Source of the DNA: Lingula anatina
Taxonomy: Eukaryota > Animalia > Brachiopoda
Assembly (NCBI GenBank): GCA_051362555.1
Contig: CM120647.1
Span: forward strand, 7,626,001 to 7,690,000
Direction: 5' to 3'
Length of the DNA: 64,000 bases
Part shown: piece after piece, positions 1 to 14,296 of the stretch
How positions within the stretch are numbered: position 1 is the first letter of the stretch
How the letters are laid out: every line of letters begins with the position of its first letter
Made by a program: the position numbers and the translations under genes
Notes under the pieces: generated by a model
Database searches by the model: none
Told to the model about the DNA's origin: nothing
Seen by the model: only the letters and a program-made list of their open reading frames with translations

Positions 1-969
1 ATAAGCTAATTTGGAATAATGTAGTGAATGATCAGTTATGTTGTAGTCGACTTAATGTGGACGGTAATCATCTTTGGATAGACTATTTAACAACAGTACT
101 CTGGAGCTCTCTGTATGATCAACATTGTCATTGTCGCTGGTTATTGTAAAGAAGACAAGTCAAGGTAATGTGGTGTACAAAGGGAAGTCAATGGGCTATA
201 TACATTGCTTTTTCATAATTCAATACCCGAATTTAAGTGTTTTTTCTTGATTTTTTTCGTAAAACTGAACTAAAATCACACCTGTTTTGGAACTATCAAT
301 AAGCTGCAAATGTAGATTCGACTTTCTTTCCTTTTTTTTTTTTTTTTGAAAAGTATGTCTATTCTATATCTACCGTGCCAGCAGCGCAAGATGCGTACAG
401 TAGGCTATAGTAAATATCACATAGTTGACGAGACAGCCCGACGAGGTGAGATTTCTTCGGGTTCCATCTCAAAGGAGCACTTGCTGATACAAGCAGCTGA
501 CCCCGGAACGTGTATAGAATGCATTTTGAAGTATGACATGCTGAAAAAAACAACTTTTCTAAATGTTCGTGCAAAAGCAAATTTGCATTTGAGGTTGCAT
601 TTACTGTTCACTGATTCACAAGGATATTGTACTTGGCCTGGGGGGGGGGAGGGGGAGGGGTAAGACGGAGGCAAATGGCATTTTCTTTTGCCTTAAAAAA
701 TATGACACAGGAATACCCGAATTGTTTGGTTTGGCTCCTTTTAACCTTTTATTTATTTATTTGTTTGTTAATTATTTTTCTTTGTTTATTTCTTTATTTC
801 TTTATTCATTTATTTATTTATTTATTTATTTCATTTTACTTTATTTAAAGGGGGGAAGAGATTGCTCAGAAATGGTCAAATCCACCATCAAATCCAGACA
901 TTTGGCACTGAGCCTCTTTGTTTCACTCTGCTATTTGGGTTTGAGTAAAACTTTTAATTTATCCCCAGT

Positions 970-1712
970 ATGAAGATTGTGGCCGTGTTATTAACCTTGG
1001 TTGCCCTTGTTGGCCTCTCTACGGCACGGCTGACCATTTATCCTCACCCTAGCGAAACTGGTGGTAAGTAACTCTCTTGTCTTTCCTTCCCTCCCGTTTT
1101 TCCCTTTCTACCCTGTCTCACTTTCTCCCCACCTCCCGCTATCTTTAGACTGCATTCCCACAGATTTTGATCGATCCATCTAGATCGACCTAACTCCCTG
1201 AGGGTTCACGCTAAATTGCTGTCGGCCGAGCGCACACGAAAGTTAATTACCCCCTTACAGCTTTTAGTAGGCGGGGCAGACATTTAAGCCGGCTAAGCTG
1301 ACAACAATCTGGTGAGACTCCCCACGGGGATAGATTGATTTAAAATCTGTGGGAATGCAGTCTTAGGCTTTCAATGATGATTTGATAGTAAATGTTGCTT
1401 ACCAAAGAGTTGAATTTCAATTTAATCACAATAACAAAGATAATCTAAATAATTAGACTTAAAATATAGTTATCTGAAAGCATTTTCTTGTGATAATTAT
1501 CTATATTACTTCTTTTAGATTGTCCAGGCAATCTGGTACTCACTAAACGAGAAGGTTGCGACACGGTTTGTGCTAAAACCTGCGCTCAACCTGTCGTCGG
1601 AATTTGCTATTTTCTGTGCTGGCGAGGTTGCGTTTGCCCCGAGGACCGCCCCATTGTCCTCGATGAGAAAAACTGGACATGCGGCAAGTTGGCTGACTGT
1701 CCCGCACAATAA
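970..1712 (+). CDS. Secreted TIL-domain (trypsin inhibitor-like cysteine-rich) serine protease inhibitor, TIL-1, ~95 aa; exons 970-1063, 1519-1712
   Basis: Manual translation. Exon 1 MKIVAVLLTLVALVGLSTARLTIYPHPSETG (signal peptide) ends at GTAAGT (1064). After TTTTAG (1518), exon 2 reads DCPGNLVLTKREGCDTVCAKTCAQPVVGICYFLCWRGCVCPEDRPIVLDEKNWTCGKLADCPAQ*. Ten Cys in TIL spacing; phase-1 intron; 288 nt total. Absent from the ORF track. Confidence 0.9.
1148..1362. mobile_element. Palindromic MITE (~215 bp), PIF/Harbinger-like, in the TIL-1 intron
   Basis: TIR GACTGCATTCCCACAGATTTT...AAAATCTGTGGGAATGCAGTC with TTA on both sides (3-bp TWA TSD). Close copies at 27293-27718. Confidence 0.8.
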
Positions 1713-2558
1713 ATTGATATTTGTTTGAAAGTTTTTCCCATTTTATGTAGAGTCTAAGCCAAAGCTGTAGTTTTTTTGTGTGGCTCATGCTCAGCAAATA
1801 TACATTTGAATCTTGTTGGAATCTTTCCTTGTTGTTGTTTTCGTATCATATGGTTAACTAATGTGAAAGATAAAAATCTGATTGATTTTTGCTTTTGTTT
1901 TATTTCACCAAAATAGCTTTCCAACGGGCAAATACTACATATAAAAGGTTAACTTTGTCTATATTTTAAAGATTCTGTTTAGGCATACTAATTCGCTTTT
2001 ACACTTCTTATTAGCGAGACAGTCTTCTTAAAAGAGATCGTCTCGGGTGATTATTTGTTATTGTTATTTTAGAGTTGTCATTATCATCACAATTTCCTTC
2101 TTGTTTATCAAAATAAAAAATAACACTGTCCAAGTTTCAATAATGTATTGTTAGGTTGCTGTTTTGAAATAATCTATAGATAGAAAAGGATTTAAGTATG
2201 TATGTACAAACCAAGAAGAACCACCTGGCCCTGAGCCCAGACTTTCCTTTCCTTTCTTTTGTAAGTTAAAAGTACATATGATTCATCAACTCAGACGGCG
2301 CAACTTCAACGCAAAACGCAAATTGTTGTACCACGCATAGGCGGTGACGACACGTTGGCTAAGCGTGATACTTGCAGGTTTTTACGTAAACGATTGCGCA
2401 AAGTAAATATTAAAATATTCAGTTTAAGGCTGATTTTAATCTTGCAGTATTTGTGCCAGTGTAACGATACGGGACAGGCGACCGAATGGTTGTACAATTA
2501 CGTCAGTCACATGAACAGATTATTTACTAGCACACGTAGGAAAAAGAAGCTACATAGG

Positions 2559-2621
2559 TACCGGTACTTCTGTCTTATATTGGCAATGTTTACCGGTACT
2601 TCTGTCTTATATTGGCAATGT
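2559..2621. repeat. Tandem duplication of a ~32-bp unit
   Basis: TACCGGTACTTCTGTCTTATATTGGCAATGT occurs twice in tandem. Confidence 0.85.
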
Positions 2622-2649
2622 ATTTTAATTGAATTCAATGGACATCCAT

Positions 2650-2952
2650 TGTTTATTTTGGCCAAAAAGTGGATTTTTCTGGAGAAAACGAAGTTTTCCC
2701 ATACTTGCTAATGAATCCATTCTGAAATTCAAAGTAAGCCCCTTTTTTGTTCTAAAAAGTTGGAATTTTTGCAATAATCTCTTAAAGGATTATTACAGAG
2801 GGTAGCCATGTGTGGAGGTCACGTCGTTTGATGGCAAGCATAGATTCCAGAATAACTGCGCTAATTGCGGTAATATTTTTAATATTTCTATGAGTTTTTT
2901 TCCAGTTTATTAATCGTGAAATATAAATATCACAACAAGAGTTGTTATCCCT
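2650..2952. mobile_element. 5'-truncated Kolobok-like non-autonomous element (family of 43993-44354)
   Basis: Colinear similarity to 43993-44354 (TTTTGGCCAAAAA, AATGAATCCATT, GGAGGTCACGT). Ends AGAGTTGTTATCCCT|TTAA. Confidence 0.65.
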
Positions 2953-4767
2953 TTAAACGAATCTTTGACTGTTTGCAAGTGTTTTGTTTTGGACCGAAAA
3001 CAACAACCTCATTCACCTGACCGTGCCATAAAATTTTATTCATAATTTCTTTTTCCCCCAAGTTCAAAGGGCGTCATTAAGGGGTCCCTTTTTTGCAAAC
3101 TTGGAGGTCATTAGGGGCGCCCCGATAAGGGCGATGTAAGCCATCCATTTTAGTATTTATAGCCTAATAGAATTGTGACGAATGATGTAAAGGTGCACTG
3201 TAACGAAAATAATCACTCTGATCATGTAGTTTGTTGATCAGAAACAGAAAAAAATGTTTACTGTGAAATAACTTCTCATACATGACTCGTTTTCAGACAG
3301 ATGCAGCCCAAGCGTTCCGTACGTAAAGAAATCATCCATCAATGTTGTCGCTTTTGCGTTTGTTATAAATATAAGGTCACAAAGAGAAAACGGCGATAAA
3401 GAGGAAAGAACGCAACCCAGAACAAATCCTTTCTATGTTAGTAGATGCTGCAACTATTGCTACGGAAGCAAAAGAAGAAAGCGGCAACCACCAGTACAGT
3501 AAGTAAAATGATTGGAATTGACTGATATACATAAATGGTACTAACAAATTACTTTTAGGAAAAATCAATTTGATGGGTTTTGTCAACGATGGCCAAATTT
3601 CCGAGTTATTACCATGCCAAGATCTCAATGTCTTACTCTGGTTTTCAACTGTTGTTAAAATAATTTATCATTAGAATTGTGAGTACAGCATAGAGCTGAT
3701 GAAATCCTTTGCTTGGTTTTAGCTGGACCGTTTTAGGTAGATAAAGAATATATAGTGTTTATGTTTACAGTACATTGCCTTAGCTATCGAAATTTACGAC
3801 AAATATTGTCATTTCTATTATTTTTTCTATCTAAAATTTAGTTTGTCAAAGTTATTTCTATTATAGGGACAGGCATCGACTTTGCAGAAGAACACATAGG
3901 CTATCAGATGCAATGTTTCATGTTTGTTTTCGAATGGCCTATTAGTAATTATTTACAACCATAAAATCACTACAATAAAATTCCAAATAGCATGTATAAG
4001 TCAAAAAGCACATCATATTCTTAACTTTTCGACTCAAAATAAAGACCCAATTCCATAAACTCTAGATAGCAGTACCCATAGCTTAAATCAGACAATTCAG
4101 AGGATAAAGTCGCCCTGTCTAACGTTGTGGGATAAATCATGTATCCCTTAAAATGCTTCTGAAAGGTTTTAAGCTTGGGCCAGGACAACTTCCACAAATA
4201 CGCGATGTCTTGATATAATCGGAAACTACCTCAAGATGTTTAGCACTGTGTGTCAGAAACGGCTAATGAAGTAGATGGAAAATAAAGAGATCGTGCGATT
4301 TCTTTCTTGTATACCCCGATTGGACAGTTGTCTTAGAGGATAAAATTTGAGCGTAACACATTTATACAAAACTAAATAAAAAACGAAGAACAAACAACTA
4401 AATAAAAAGCTGAAATAAATAAAAGAGTTTAAAGAATGGACAATTTAATACTTTTAATTTCATGACCAACGTTCACCTTGTCTAAAACCGTTCAAACTTT
4501 TGGTAGTTTCTGTAATTCTAATCTTAGTTACCCCCTCTAAATGAGAATAAAGACCGGTGAATTTCAATCGCGGCGGCAAAAATGGAAATTAAGAACTCGC
4601 AACAGAGTTATGGATTGTAGGTATAAGACGTATATGTACTTCGTTAACTAAAGAAATATTGAAAACCACAGGAGAAATAACTTGGTGTGCCCTTAATCTA
4701 TAAAAATAATGCAGCTTCTCACATAAGACCCCAGTAAGAGCTGTTATCATGCGGAACCCCAATGGTG

Positions 4768-4934
4768 GCATTCAGAACAGTGGACTAACTGGTCCGAGGG
4801 TCAAATATGGCCGAGCCACTTGACTACTTCCCCACGGGGAATCTATTCAGTATCTATTAGCGGATTAGACAGCAAGCTTTTTAGCGGGTCGCCATATTTG
4901 ACCCACGAACTAGTAAGTGCACTGTTCTGAATGC
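4768..4934. mobile_element. Hairpin MITE (~165 bp), superfamily unassigned
   Basis: GCATTCAGAACAGTGGACTAACTGGTCCGAGGGTCAAATATGGC is inverted-complementary to GCCATATTTGACCCACGAACTAGTAAGTGCACTGTTCTGAATGC (~45-bp imperfect TIR). Confidence 0.7.
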
Positions 4935-5609
4935 GGTCAATAAGTTTTTTGAAAGTAGATGCTGCCATGTGGACAATTTTTCTTTACTGAAGAGCTTGCA
5001 CTCCGACACCACGATTTCACGTGATATCTACCTGCAAAAGACCTTGTGCTGCTCAAGTGCAAGCCTTACTTGCTTTGCAAGTAAATGTCACGCGACAAGA
5101 TATCGTGTGTCATTGTCAAGATGGAGAGCTAGCTCTTCAGTAAACAAGACAGGTCAACTTGGTTGCAAAAGGCCTGTTGCTTGTGAGCACTTCTTTATAA
5201 ACTGCAACACTTTGGCAGGCTTTCCCCTAGTTTATCCCTGTTTACCGACAGCATTTGAGGGAGGGGGGCAATTATGATAGTTTCCCTGCTCTTGTACTTA
5301 ATGCTAGAACTACATAAATATGCCTGTAACCTTTTCAAGCGAATAATTAAGACTTCTCCGCACGGGAAAAATAGAATGCAATGAAAAATTTCATTCATAT
5401 TTTTACCAACTGACATGTATCTATTCGTTATAAATCAACATTACCACTAAGAACATAGATTAAAATGATTTTAAAAAGAATAAAATTAAACCCGCAAATT
5501 TCTACAATCAATTATTTCTCCTTTTTTATTACATTTGGGAGTATTTCTGCAGCTGAGAAGTTTTGCACTGAAATGGCCTCTTGAGGAGTAAATGTTCCCC
5601 TTGGAAAGT

Positions 5610-5611
<2 letters not shown>

Positions 5612-5666
<55 letters not shown>
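5612..5666. repeat. (TA)n microsatellite
   Basis: Direct inspection. Similar (TA)n tracts at ~10074-10105, 13520-13566 and 48216-48270. Confidence 0.95.
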
Positions 5667-5669
<3 letters not shown>

Positions 5670-7117
5670 ATCAAGCATAATTTGTAAAGCCGCCTGTTCT
5701 TGTTAATGGAGAACATCAGACACTCAAACTTGACATTCACCTTTATAAGGTCAGTGACTTGGACTCTGACGACCGCGTCACTGAGCACACATTCAAAATT
5801 AAGCTACTGGTATAAGACAAATGTGTTAAAATATCCAGGACGCCAACCTTAAAATAATTATGTGGCACTTGTTTGACTCTTTAAGAACACACTCGTATTC
5901 AACAACAAGAACGGATCCACATTCTCTTCTAGAGGTTTAATTGTTTGCGCGTGTGTGTGTGAGTAGTGAGGGGGAGAAAGACACGTGTACATTTTTAAGC
6001 ATCACATTTGCTGTCCTAAAAACAATCTAATGTGCAGCGCAAGACAAAAATAATTAGTCATGTCACCCTTGCATCCAACACAACACACTAAAATTATCCT
6101 GATCTTCTATTTTATGTTTGCATCGCTTCGCTCGGCATTTTTTCATCCTTGACCCGTTCCCCCTGTCATGTGCAGGTGCACAGACATTAGGTCAAGGGAG
6201 CATCGTGAACAGGTTATGGTTGACGTGAGTAAGAAGCATGGTGCCGCAAAACCGAGTGTCCCACTTTTTCATCGGCATGGCGTGACTGAAAGGACTAGAA
6301 TGCTCTGTTCTCCAGGGCCTACAGTACATGTACAAAATGGCTACTTACTCGAAGGGAGGAGCATTTGTGACACATTCCAGATATGTTGCGCTTTTCCTCT
6401 TATCGGGTTTGGTAATGGTTATTAAGATACGTGCTTTTATGGGTGTGGTTTAATGGAAATCGAAGATGGTCGGGTACGTCTGCAAAAGATTTTTTTTTTT
6501 TCCAAATTAAAACACTGTTTTTATCAATTCCATGTCATAGTTAATGATAATAATCACACCTTGCGACAAAAAAAAAATAATAAAGTAAAATAAACAGGTT
6601 CTAGTAGGCCTATCAACCAAATTTTTCAACAAGACCTAACGTTAGAGGGCGCTAAAAATCAAGCAACATAACCAACTTACGTACTTACAGGCAAGTATGA
6701 CCTTATAAGTGTCAGATAACCAAAGCCCGGCTAGGTCAGGTTCTGTGGATGTGATGTATAAATCGCTGTTTTTGAAAGTCAAAAAGTAGCTTTTGTGAGG
6801 GGAGCTTGGCACATGCATCAAAGTTACTTTTTGTGATAGTCGGGGTCATCCGAGATGGCTCCAAGTCACGTGATTTAGAGCAAATTCAGGCGAGATTTGC
6901 GGGATTTTGATGAAAGCGGGGACAGAAAATTACTGGGTATACTGAGTTACTTAGTTGGTGACTGGCATTTGGGGTGACTGGTAAATAAATGAAAACAGCA
7001 GCCATGCAACGTTGTAGTTTTATCAATTACCATATGTGAGGTACATGTAGTATACACGGACAAGGGTTATATGTTATTTTTACCCTTCGCTTCACCGAAA
7101 TTATATGTGTGTGTGTA

Positions 7118-7158
<41 letters not shown>

Positions 7159-8662
7159 CTTGAAGAGGAGATAGAAAAAAAAACTAAAAAACTGGGACTA
7201 TATTACTTCTTTTTTTGCCCAAAACATAAATACATTCTTCTGGTGGGGAGGTGTTCTGACCTGCGACTGGCTTAAATCATATTATTTCGGGTGTGGTGAC
7301 TGATTTGCTGGATCAAAAGAGGTTAAAAGACTCAAATGACAAAAATGAAACTAAACTATTTCCACGAATCGTCACTAGATCTTCGTTTCCTTTCAAATTT
7401 AAATAGACATTTATTATTTTAATTTATTACTTTGTAGTGGCCTCAGTTCCAAATTTTGGCTTCCCTGACGTGACCTAGATTACAATTTTAAAACTAATAC
7501 AAAATGTACAACGCTACCGTGTTTATATTGCTCACCATGCAGCCAATTCGGTACGACAACGCTCAAAAGTTGTAAGAATTTATCCACGGATATGTTTCTG
7601 GTTATTTTCGCTTATTTTCTTCCGAATTAAAATCTGTTGTATTGTGAAGCAGTACGAATGCACCACGTTTTGCGTGACCGCTTCGAATAAGTTGCCGTCA
7701 GCTATGCCCTTAAATATAATAAAAAACACTTCTATAAAACCGCGCTACACATGCGTCTCAGCGCTGTTTACATAAAAAATAAAAAATTCCACAGATAAAT
7801 TAAAGCCAGTATAGACTAAAACAGAATACTTAAAAAAACTTAAAAACTAAAAAGATGCTATAAATTAAAGTATTCTTTAAATAAAATAAGTTTTTAAATT
7901 CTTCTTAAAACAGTAATATGAGTCAAGTTCCAACTCACCGTTTCCTACAGGACTGCTCTTAATTCCTCGGTCGCTTTGTTCTCTCCGTGACGTCACGATC
8001 AACGATCTCAAATCAGACAAATGGAAATAGGCGAATTGACCTTAACAATTTATATACACGAAACGCATTTACATAGCCTTTTTTTTCTTATGCATTCTTT
8101 TTGACGTTGTCTCTCGATAGCACGGACAGAAAAAGAAGTGTTTTGTAAAAAATCATGGTTTAACATGTCCTCGATCAAAAGTAAAAATGTAAACAACTAT
8201 ATTGTAAAATAAATATTAAGAGATGGAAATATCTCTTCATTTTACATTAAAGGAAATGTATGAACCCAAGTTCGTGTAATCAAACAAGCAAACCAAAATA
8301 ACAGTTTTGTCAAAAACAAGAAATCCCCCATCTTGTCATTATGTATTCCCTGTTGAACACGGTGCTTATTCAAAACACAATCCAATTGTCTCAGGGTCAT
8401 CAAATGGGCCATTCAGAATAGATGATCAGAGTACTGATGGTCTCCCCGCCTCCTAACGCGCCGTTGCTGAAGGAGCCTAGCAATTAAACCTCGGACCTGA
8501 GATTTAATCATTTTAATGGAGCGTGTGGAGGTGGGTAGACCATCGGGAATCAGCAATACTTCTAACAGTCACGTGGGTTTATTTACAGCCAACTGAAATA
8601 AGGTACACGTCAGAGGCAAGTCTAAATAGTTGAAACCCAGACCCGGACAAGACAAAAAGGTA

Positions 8663-10070
8663 ATGTCCAACGAAAGGGCCCACGTTGAGGGTTTAAACGA
8701 AAGCGACGGTATCATGAAGGAGCACGCCAACGCTGCCTTTGATTATAATGAGGAAAAGGAAAGCAATGTCGAAACAGACGATAAGAATGTTGACGAAAAT
8801 CAAAACTGCAGGAGCAATGACAATGATTTTGATTATTCCGAATGCGTCAGTAGAAGCGACAACAGCACTGAGGTGCCGATCGTTAGCACAGTGTACGATA
8901 AGAATGACGAAAAGGGCAGGCAATATGGCGATGAAATTGACAGCAGAAATACCTTTGACTGTGAAAATTTTGATGACAGCAATTCTGAGTTCACGAGGAC
9001 TACTACGGTCAATAAAATCAAGGATCAAGAAAACGGCTGTAATTTAGATGTCAGTATCGTGCACAAAAGCGTTATTTCCAACTTGTTTACCGATTCTCTT
9101 AGCAACCTAACCAATAACGACATAAGCAGCGGGGTAACCAGTAACATCATACATGGAATCGTGAACGGTGACGTCAGCGACGACAACAATACCGTCACCA
9201 ACAAAAATTATGACGTCATCCCCGAGAAGTGTGACGTTGACAGCAAAGCCCCTGACGGTGGGTGGGGCTGGGTGGTGGTGTTCGCCTCCTTCATGACCCA
9301 CTTTATCGTGGACGGGATTTCGTTCTCCATGGGTGTGTTCTACGTCGTTTTCCTGGATGTCTTTCAAGACACCAAGTCAAATACGTCATGGATAGGGTCG
9401 ATTATGACGTCATCTCTTTGTATGGTAGGTAAGTAGGTCGGGAGTCGCACGACTTTTATGACAATATGTTATAATAAGAATAATAAATAACCCCCAAACA
9501 TTTAGAAAGAGCGACGTGCAGTTTATTGTGAGCGCTCCGACATATACTGGTAGTACGGTTGATTTGTTGAAATGTATTTTAATAACTCACTGGGGTATTA
9601 ATTTATCCTTAAGGTTCTAATTCCCTGATCATTGTTTTGCCACATATTCAAGTGTCGTGGTCTGAACAATGGCATTTCACAGTGACTTTCTATGATGTAG
9701 TATTCAGATACCCTGAAAACACTTTATATTTCGTTTTAACGATTAAAACTGATTAAACTATCCCTCTCGTTAAATGTAACATGGCTGACGAGACCAGCAA
9801 TGGTAAAAATGTTTTGTTTTAATCGCGCAAAGGAGGGTGATTGGAGCATTTTAAGCTTTGGGGTTGGGAGAGATATTGTAACTTTTATCTTTTTATTGTT
9901 TTTAGCGCTACTGGCCGGTGTTCTTTCGGATACCTTTGGTTTCCGAGTGGTCAGCATTCTTGGCAGTGTCATAGCTACATGTGGGTTTGCATTGAGTGCA
10001 TTTGCGCAATCTATACCTGTGTTGTATGTCACCTTAGGTGGAATGGTGGGTAAGTATACATATTATTGGG

Positions 10071-10107
<37 letters not shown>

Positions 10108-12871
10108 ACCCCAATTAAATATACAGTTAAAAAGCGTCTTCAGGAATTACAAATACAAGCCTTGATATCCAAATTCATTACTTTTTCCCTTCTTAAATCC
10201 TGAATGTATCATTGTAAAAAATTGCCCCAAGTATGGCGTTGATAAGCGCATAATTGAAGCTTTTCTATGTTTTAACTGTAATAATATCTCACAATTTTTT
10301 ACAGAAAGGATGGCTATTCTGATAGTTTTAATAGTTTACACATATTAATTAGAGGTCAATATATCTATACATATGTATTATCCGCAATATGACTATCAAA
10401 CGGAAACTTTTGAAGTTGGTAGGTTATCACCTCCAAAACACTTGTCTAAAATTTATAGTTTTATATTAATATTATGTATATTTAAATATTGCCAGTGAAT
10501 GCCTTATTCAGATTTATTCTATCTGCCTTTCTCAGGAATAGGATTAGGCTTCATGATCTTCCCCAGCGTCGTCTGTGTTCAACATTACTTCGATAAACGA
10601 CGTACTCTGGCTATGGGCATATCTGTCGCCGGCTCAGGCATCGGGACTTTTGCTCTGGCGCTGTTTCAACGCTGGCTGTCTGATCTGGTTGGCTGGAGAC
10701 ACTTAATGATCGTCTTGGCCGGTGTGAGCTTCACTGGGACCTTTTTGGGGATACTGTATAAACCGCCACCAAAACATAAAACGGATAGCAGTGTGGAAGC
10801 TTTGGGCGATCTCCAAGATACCGAGCTTGGATTGGAGGAAAAGATGCCATCAAAAACCGTAGATATGGTTATGATAAATGACACTGAGTATGAGTGCGAC
10901 GTGTTTAAGACCACTATGAAGTATGCACAAGACCTTGATGATGGGACTGTTAACAGCAAAGACGATCTCAGTTCTAAAGAACTACAGCTAAATCAATCTC
11001 ATATAATTGAAAATGACACAAAAGAACGTGATATTAATCCCAAAACAACCACTGGGGTAAATACAACGCCACCTATCCACCATTCTCTGCAGCCTGAAAA
11101 CAAAGGTAGTTTTACCACGTGCTTTGACAAATGCTGCAGAGACGGCGCTGTCGGGGTCATACACTGGTCGCTGCTGAAAGAGCCCTCCTTTGTGGTGTGG
11201 CTCGTGTGTTTCTTCGGTTGCCAATTTGCAGTCGTGGTTCCATTGACCTTCATGCCGGACAGTGCCATGGAGCGCAACATAGGGGGCCCTGAAGCAGCAT
11301 TTCTGATATCCGTCATAGGGATCGTGAATATTGCAGCACGGCCCATCATAGGGTTTGTTGCCGACCGGAACCACGTACGTCATCACCGTCTTAAGTTACT
11401 GGCTACCGGTGCTTTCATTGGTGGGGTGGCGTTGATTGTGAATCCATTTTGCAAAACGTACGCAACATTGGTTATCGTTGTTATTCTTATGGGGTTGTCT
11501 CAAGGTAATGAGTCTTTTCAACTCCACATGTTATTTCTTTATATTTTCATTCTTTTCTCTTAACTGAAGCTAGTAATCTTTTGACAGTACTTAGGTCCAT
11601 GCAAGACTTTCACATGTAAAACGGTGAAATCCGTGTAAGGAAAACAACTCGAACGATTTAATTCAATTCTAATTAGATGAAAGTGCTTGGTGCATCTTAT
11701 CAGAAAATTGGGCTAAAAATCTAAATATGTACATATGCTTGTATTTGTGTTTTCACTTACTCGTCTAGTGTTATTCATTTGCATTTTTGTTTCCATTTCA
11801 TGTTTTTATTACATTGTTTATTAGTAATTCATTAAATGCATATGGTTGGTTTCCTTTTGCTAAATATTGCGAAACATACCTTGAGAAGGGCTCATCTCTC
11901 GAGCTTAACAACTATCAGATTTTCTTCATTTCTAGGAGCATGCATTTTACTCATGCCAGTCGTGTTGCGCGATCTCTTTGGACTGGGCAAATTGAACACA
12001 AGCATTGGCTTTACATTGGTCATAGTGGGGATATCGACGATGCTAGTTCCGGTTTTAGGTAAATCTGCGAGACAGAGGCTGAATTCCAAAAAAATTATCT
12101 TGTAAATGTCCTATGTTATTATTTGTTTTATTATTATTATTATTTTATTTTCAAAACTCAGACGTATGTGCCTCGTATGTGAAATCGCTTTGAGCGAGGC
12201 GTTAACTACAAAAGACAAAACGCAGGGGATACCTTTGCCATACGGTGATCATGCGTGAAGTAAACGCAAAATTTACATTTACATATGATTATTGATAGTA
12301 AGAGATGTATTGAATACGCTAGTAGTTGGTCAGTTTTACATGTACGTTAGTATATGCTATCCGTACCCCACGTACATCAAACATCCGCAGCGTAGCTGTT
12401 ACGTACATGTTAAGCGCAATCTCCTTATGCCTTGCGTATGTGGCAAAGTATGGGTACGTACTGCCCAAGCTCCTGTAAATATGAAAATTATTGAACATGC
12501 TTTTCCTCCTTCTGCGTATATGCGGGTATAATCGATGCGTATAATCGACTTCACATATGGTGCTCCTTTGAATATTTTTTACGCTAGCTGTGACAGGGAC
12601 TTTGGGGGGGAGTGCGTGGCCAATTATTCCCTCTCCCATGAAACCGATATTGATGTTACCCAACTTTTTTAAAATTTCAGGATGGGTCACCGACGTCACA
12701 GGGTCATATGACGTCACATTTTACATTTCCGGAGGGGTTGTGATCACGTGTAGTTTTGCCATGGCAACTATAACACGTTGTCAAAAGGAAACGATCGATG
12801 CCGAGGTGCCATGCTTAGCCAATATACCGGATCTCGATGCAGCGATTGTTACCACAGCCGGAATATTATGA
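8663..12871 (+). CDS. SLC16/monocarboxylate transporter family MFS protein, copy 1 (~730 aa); exons 8663-9428, 9906-10049, 10536-11504, 11936-12058, 12681-12871
   Basis: SLC16 signature APDGGWGWVVVFASF, then HYFDKRRTLAMGISVAGSGIGT and GWVTDVTGSYDVTFY. All introns GT-AG phase 1. Exon lengths sum to 2193 nt, in frame. Long acidic Asn-rich N-terminal tail. Start ATG inferred. Confidence 0.92.
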
Positions 12872-13513
12872 ACAACAAAACTTTGGGTGAAGAAGTTAAT
12901 AGCATCCTAAGACATTAAGCGTGTTTTGCGTAAGAGGCTTAACTATTTGAAAAATCATATAAATGCTTTGATCAGCAGACCTGCTCGTCATCAAGCGTCA
13001 TAGGTAAAAAAAAAAACACGTTAGTTAAATAAGAATCGAGCGATGTGGAGGGGATTGAACCGTTGCTCTCGTTGATGATAATGATGGTCATGATGACAAT
13101 GATGATGATGATGATGGTGGTGATGATATATGCAAATTCCAAGAAACAAATCCACTTATCAAGCAATTACAAATGCTGGGATTGCTTAAAACATCTCTAA
13201 AATGATAAGAACTGAACTACGTGAATCAATTACGTAGAGAAAATGTGAGGTTGTGTGCATATGAACCTAAATGATGAAATAGGACTTAAGTGAAAAGTTA
13301 TACACCTATGTACTCCTTGATTTTCTCATCCTGTAGCAGATTTTTTTTCCGATCACGGATATGAATACAATGATTAAAGGACGGATGTTTGTATATATGT
13401 ATGCTTCTGTGAAAATTAAAAATTAGATGGGCGTCATCTCCAAATATGTTTGAGTTTTATTTTTTTATTAGAAATTTGTTTTATTTCATTATTATTATTT
13501 ATTTATTTATTAT

Positions 13514-13569
<56 letters not shown>

Positions 13570-14059
13570 CTGCATGTACTGATAAAGAGTCGGATGGTCA
13601 ATGTTGTCCTTATAAGAAGGATGGGCAGGCCCCGAAGATCTAGAAATGTTGTATTTTGTTCCTATGTTGAGGTAGCTAGTTGGTCATTTATAAAGCAGCA
13701 GACATGGCATATTTAGTTAAATATTCTGTAAGCATTTTATTTTTATCAGTTTACATAACGAGGTGTGTAGGCTTGTAATGTCAAGTTAATTTGAGTCCTA
13801 GAGTAAGTTGTCATTTGTCAGTTATTTTCTGTCACAGGATTAATTGCAGTATGGTCGTCAATGTTTTCAGCTGCTATCAGTGGGCTCACTAGAGCGAATT
13901 TCAACCCAACTTATTTCACTATATAATTACGCACACGTGAGCGCATGCATACCCTCACACACATATACACAGATACGCGCATATGCATTCGCGCCTTCTC
14001 TTACTCTCGTAAATCCTTATTCTTTTTCTCTCTCTAACACACACACAAATCCATTCTCT

Positions 14060-14076
14060 TTCTCTCTTCCTCTCTC

Positions 14077-14122
<46 letters not shown>

Positions 14123-14167
14123 CTCTTGCACACGCACGAGCGCGTGGGCGCACACACACCCGCATAT

Positions 14168-14230
<63 letters not shown>
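14060..14230. repeat. Compound (CT)n/(CA)n microsatellite
   Basis: Direct inspection; explains the spurious SLSL/ERER ORFs. Confidence 0.95.
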
Positions 14231-14231
<1 letters not shown>

Positions 14232-14296
14232 CAGAAAGAATAGAAAGGAAAGAAGATACTGTATAGTAAGAAGCGACAAGAGGCAATAATTGGCCT

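Noticed and set aside
6168-6472. 85-aa ORF and GC-richer stretch upstream of SLC16 copy 1
   Set aside because: No homology or in-frame splice route seen; may be a 5' UTR exon but cannot be supported.
7986-7997. Perfect CRE palindrome CGTGACGTCACG upstream of SLC16 copy 1
   Set aside because: A single motif, probably intronic; such palindromes are common in invertebrate repeats.
12150-12575. Weak inverted repeat (CGTATGTGAAATCG / CGACTTCACATATG) in an SLC16 copy 1 intron
   Set aside because: Too short and degenerate, with no TSD; possibly an old transposon relic but unsupported.
13844-14286. ORFs rich in SL/ER/CV repeats, and similar ones at 627-973, 13446-13716, 15271-15550, 37482-37761, 39451-39663
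   Set aside because: Translations of microsatellites or low-complexity DNA.
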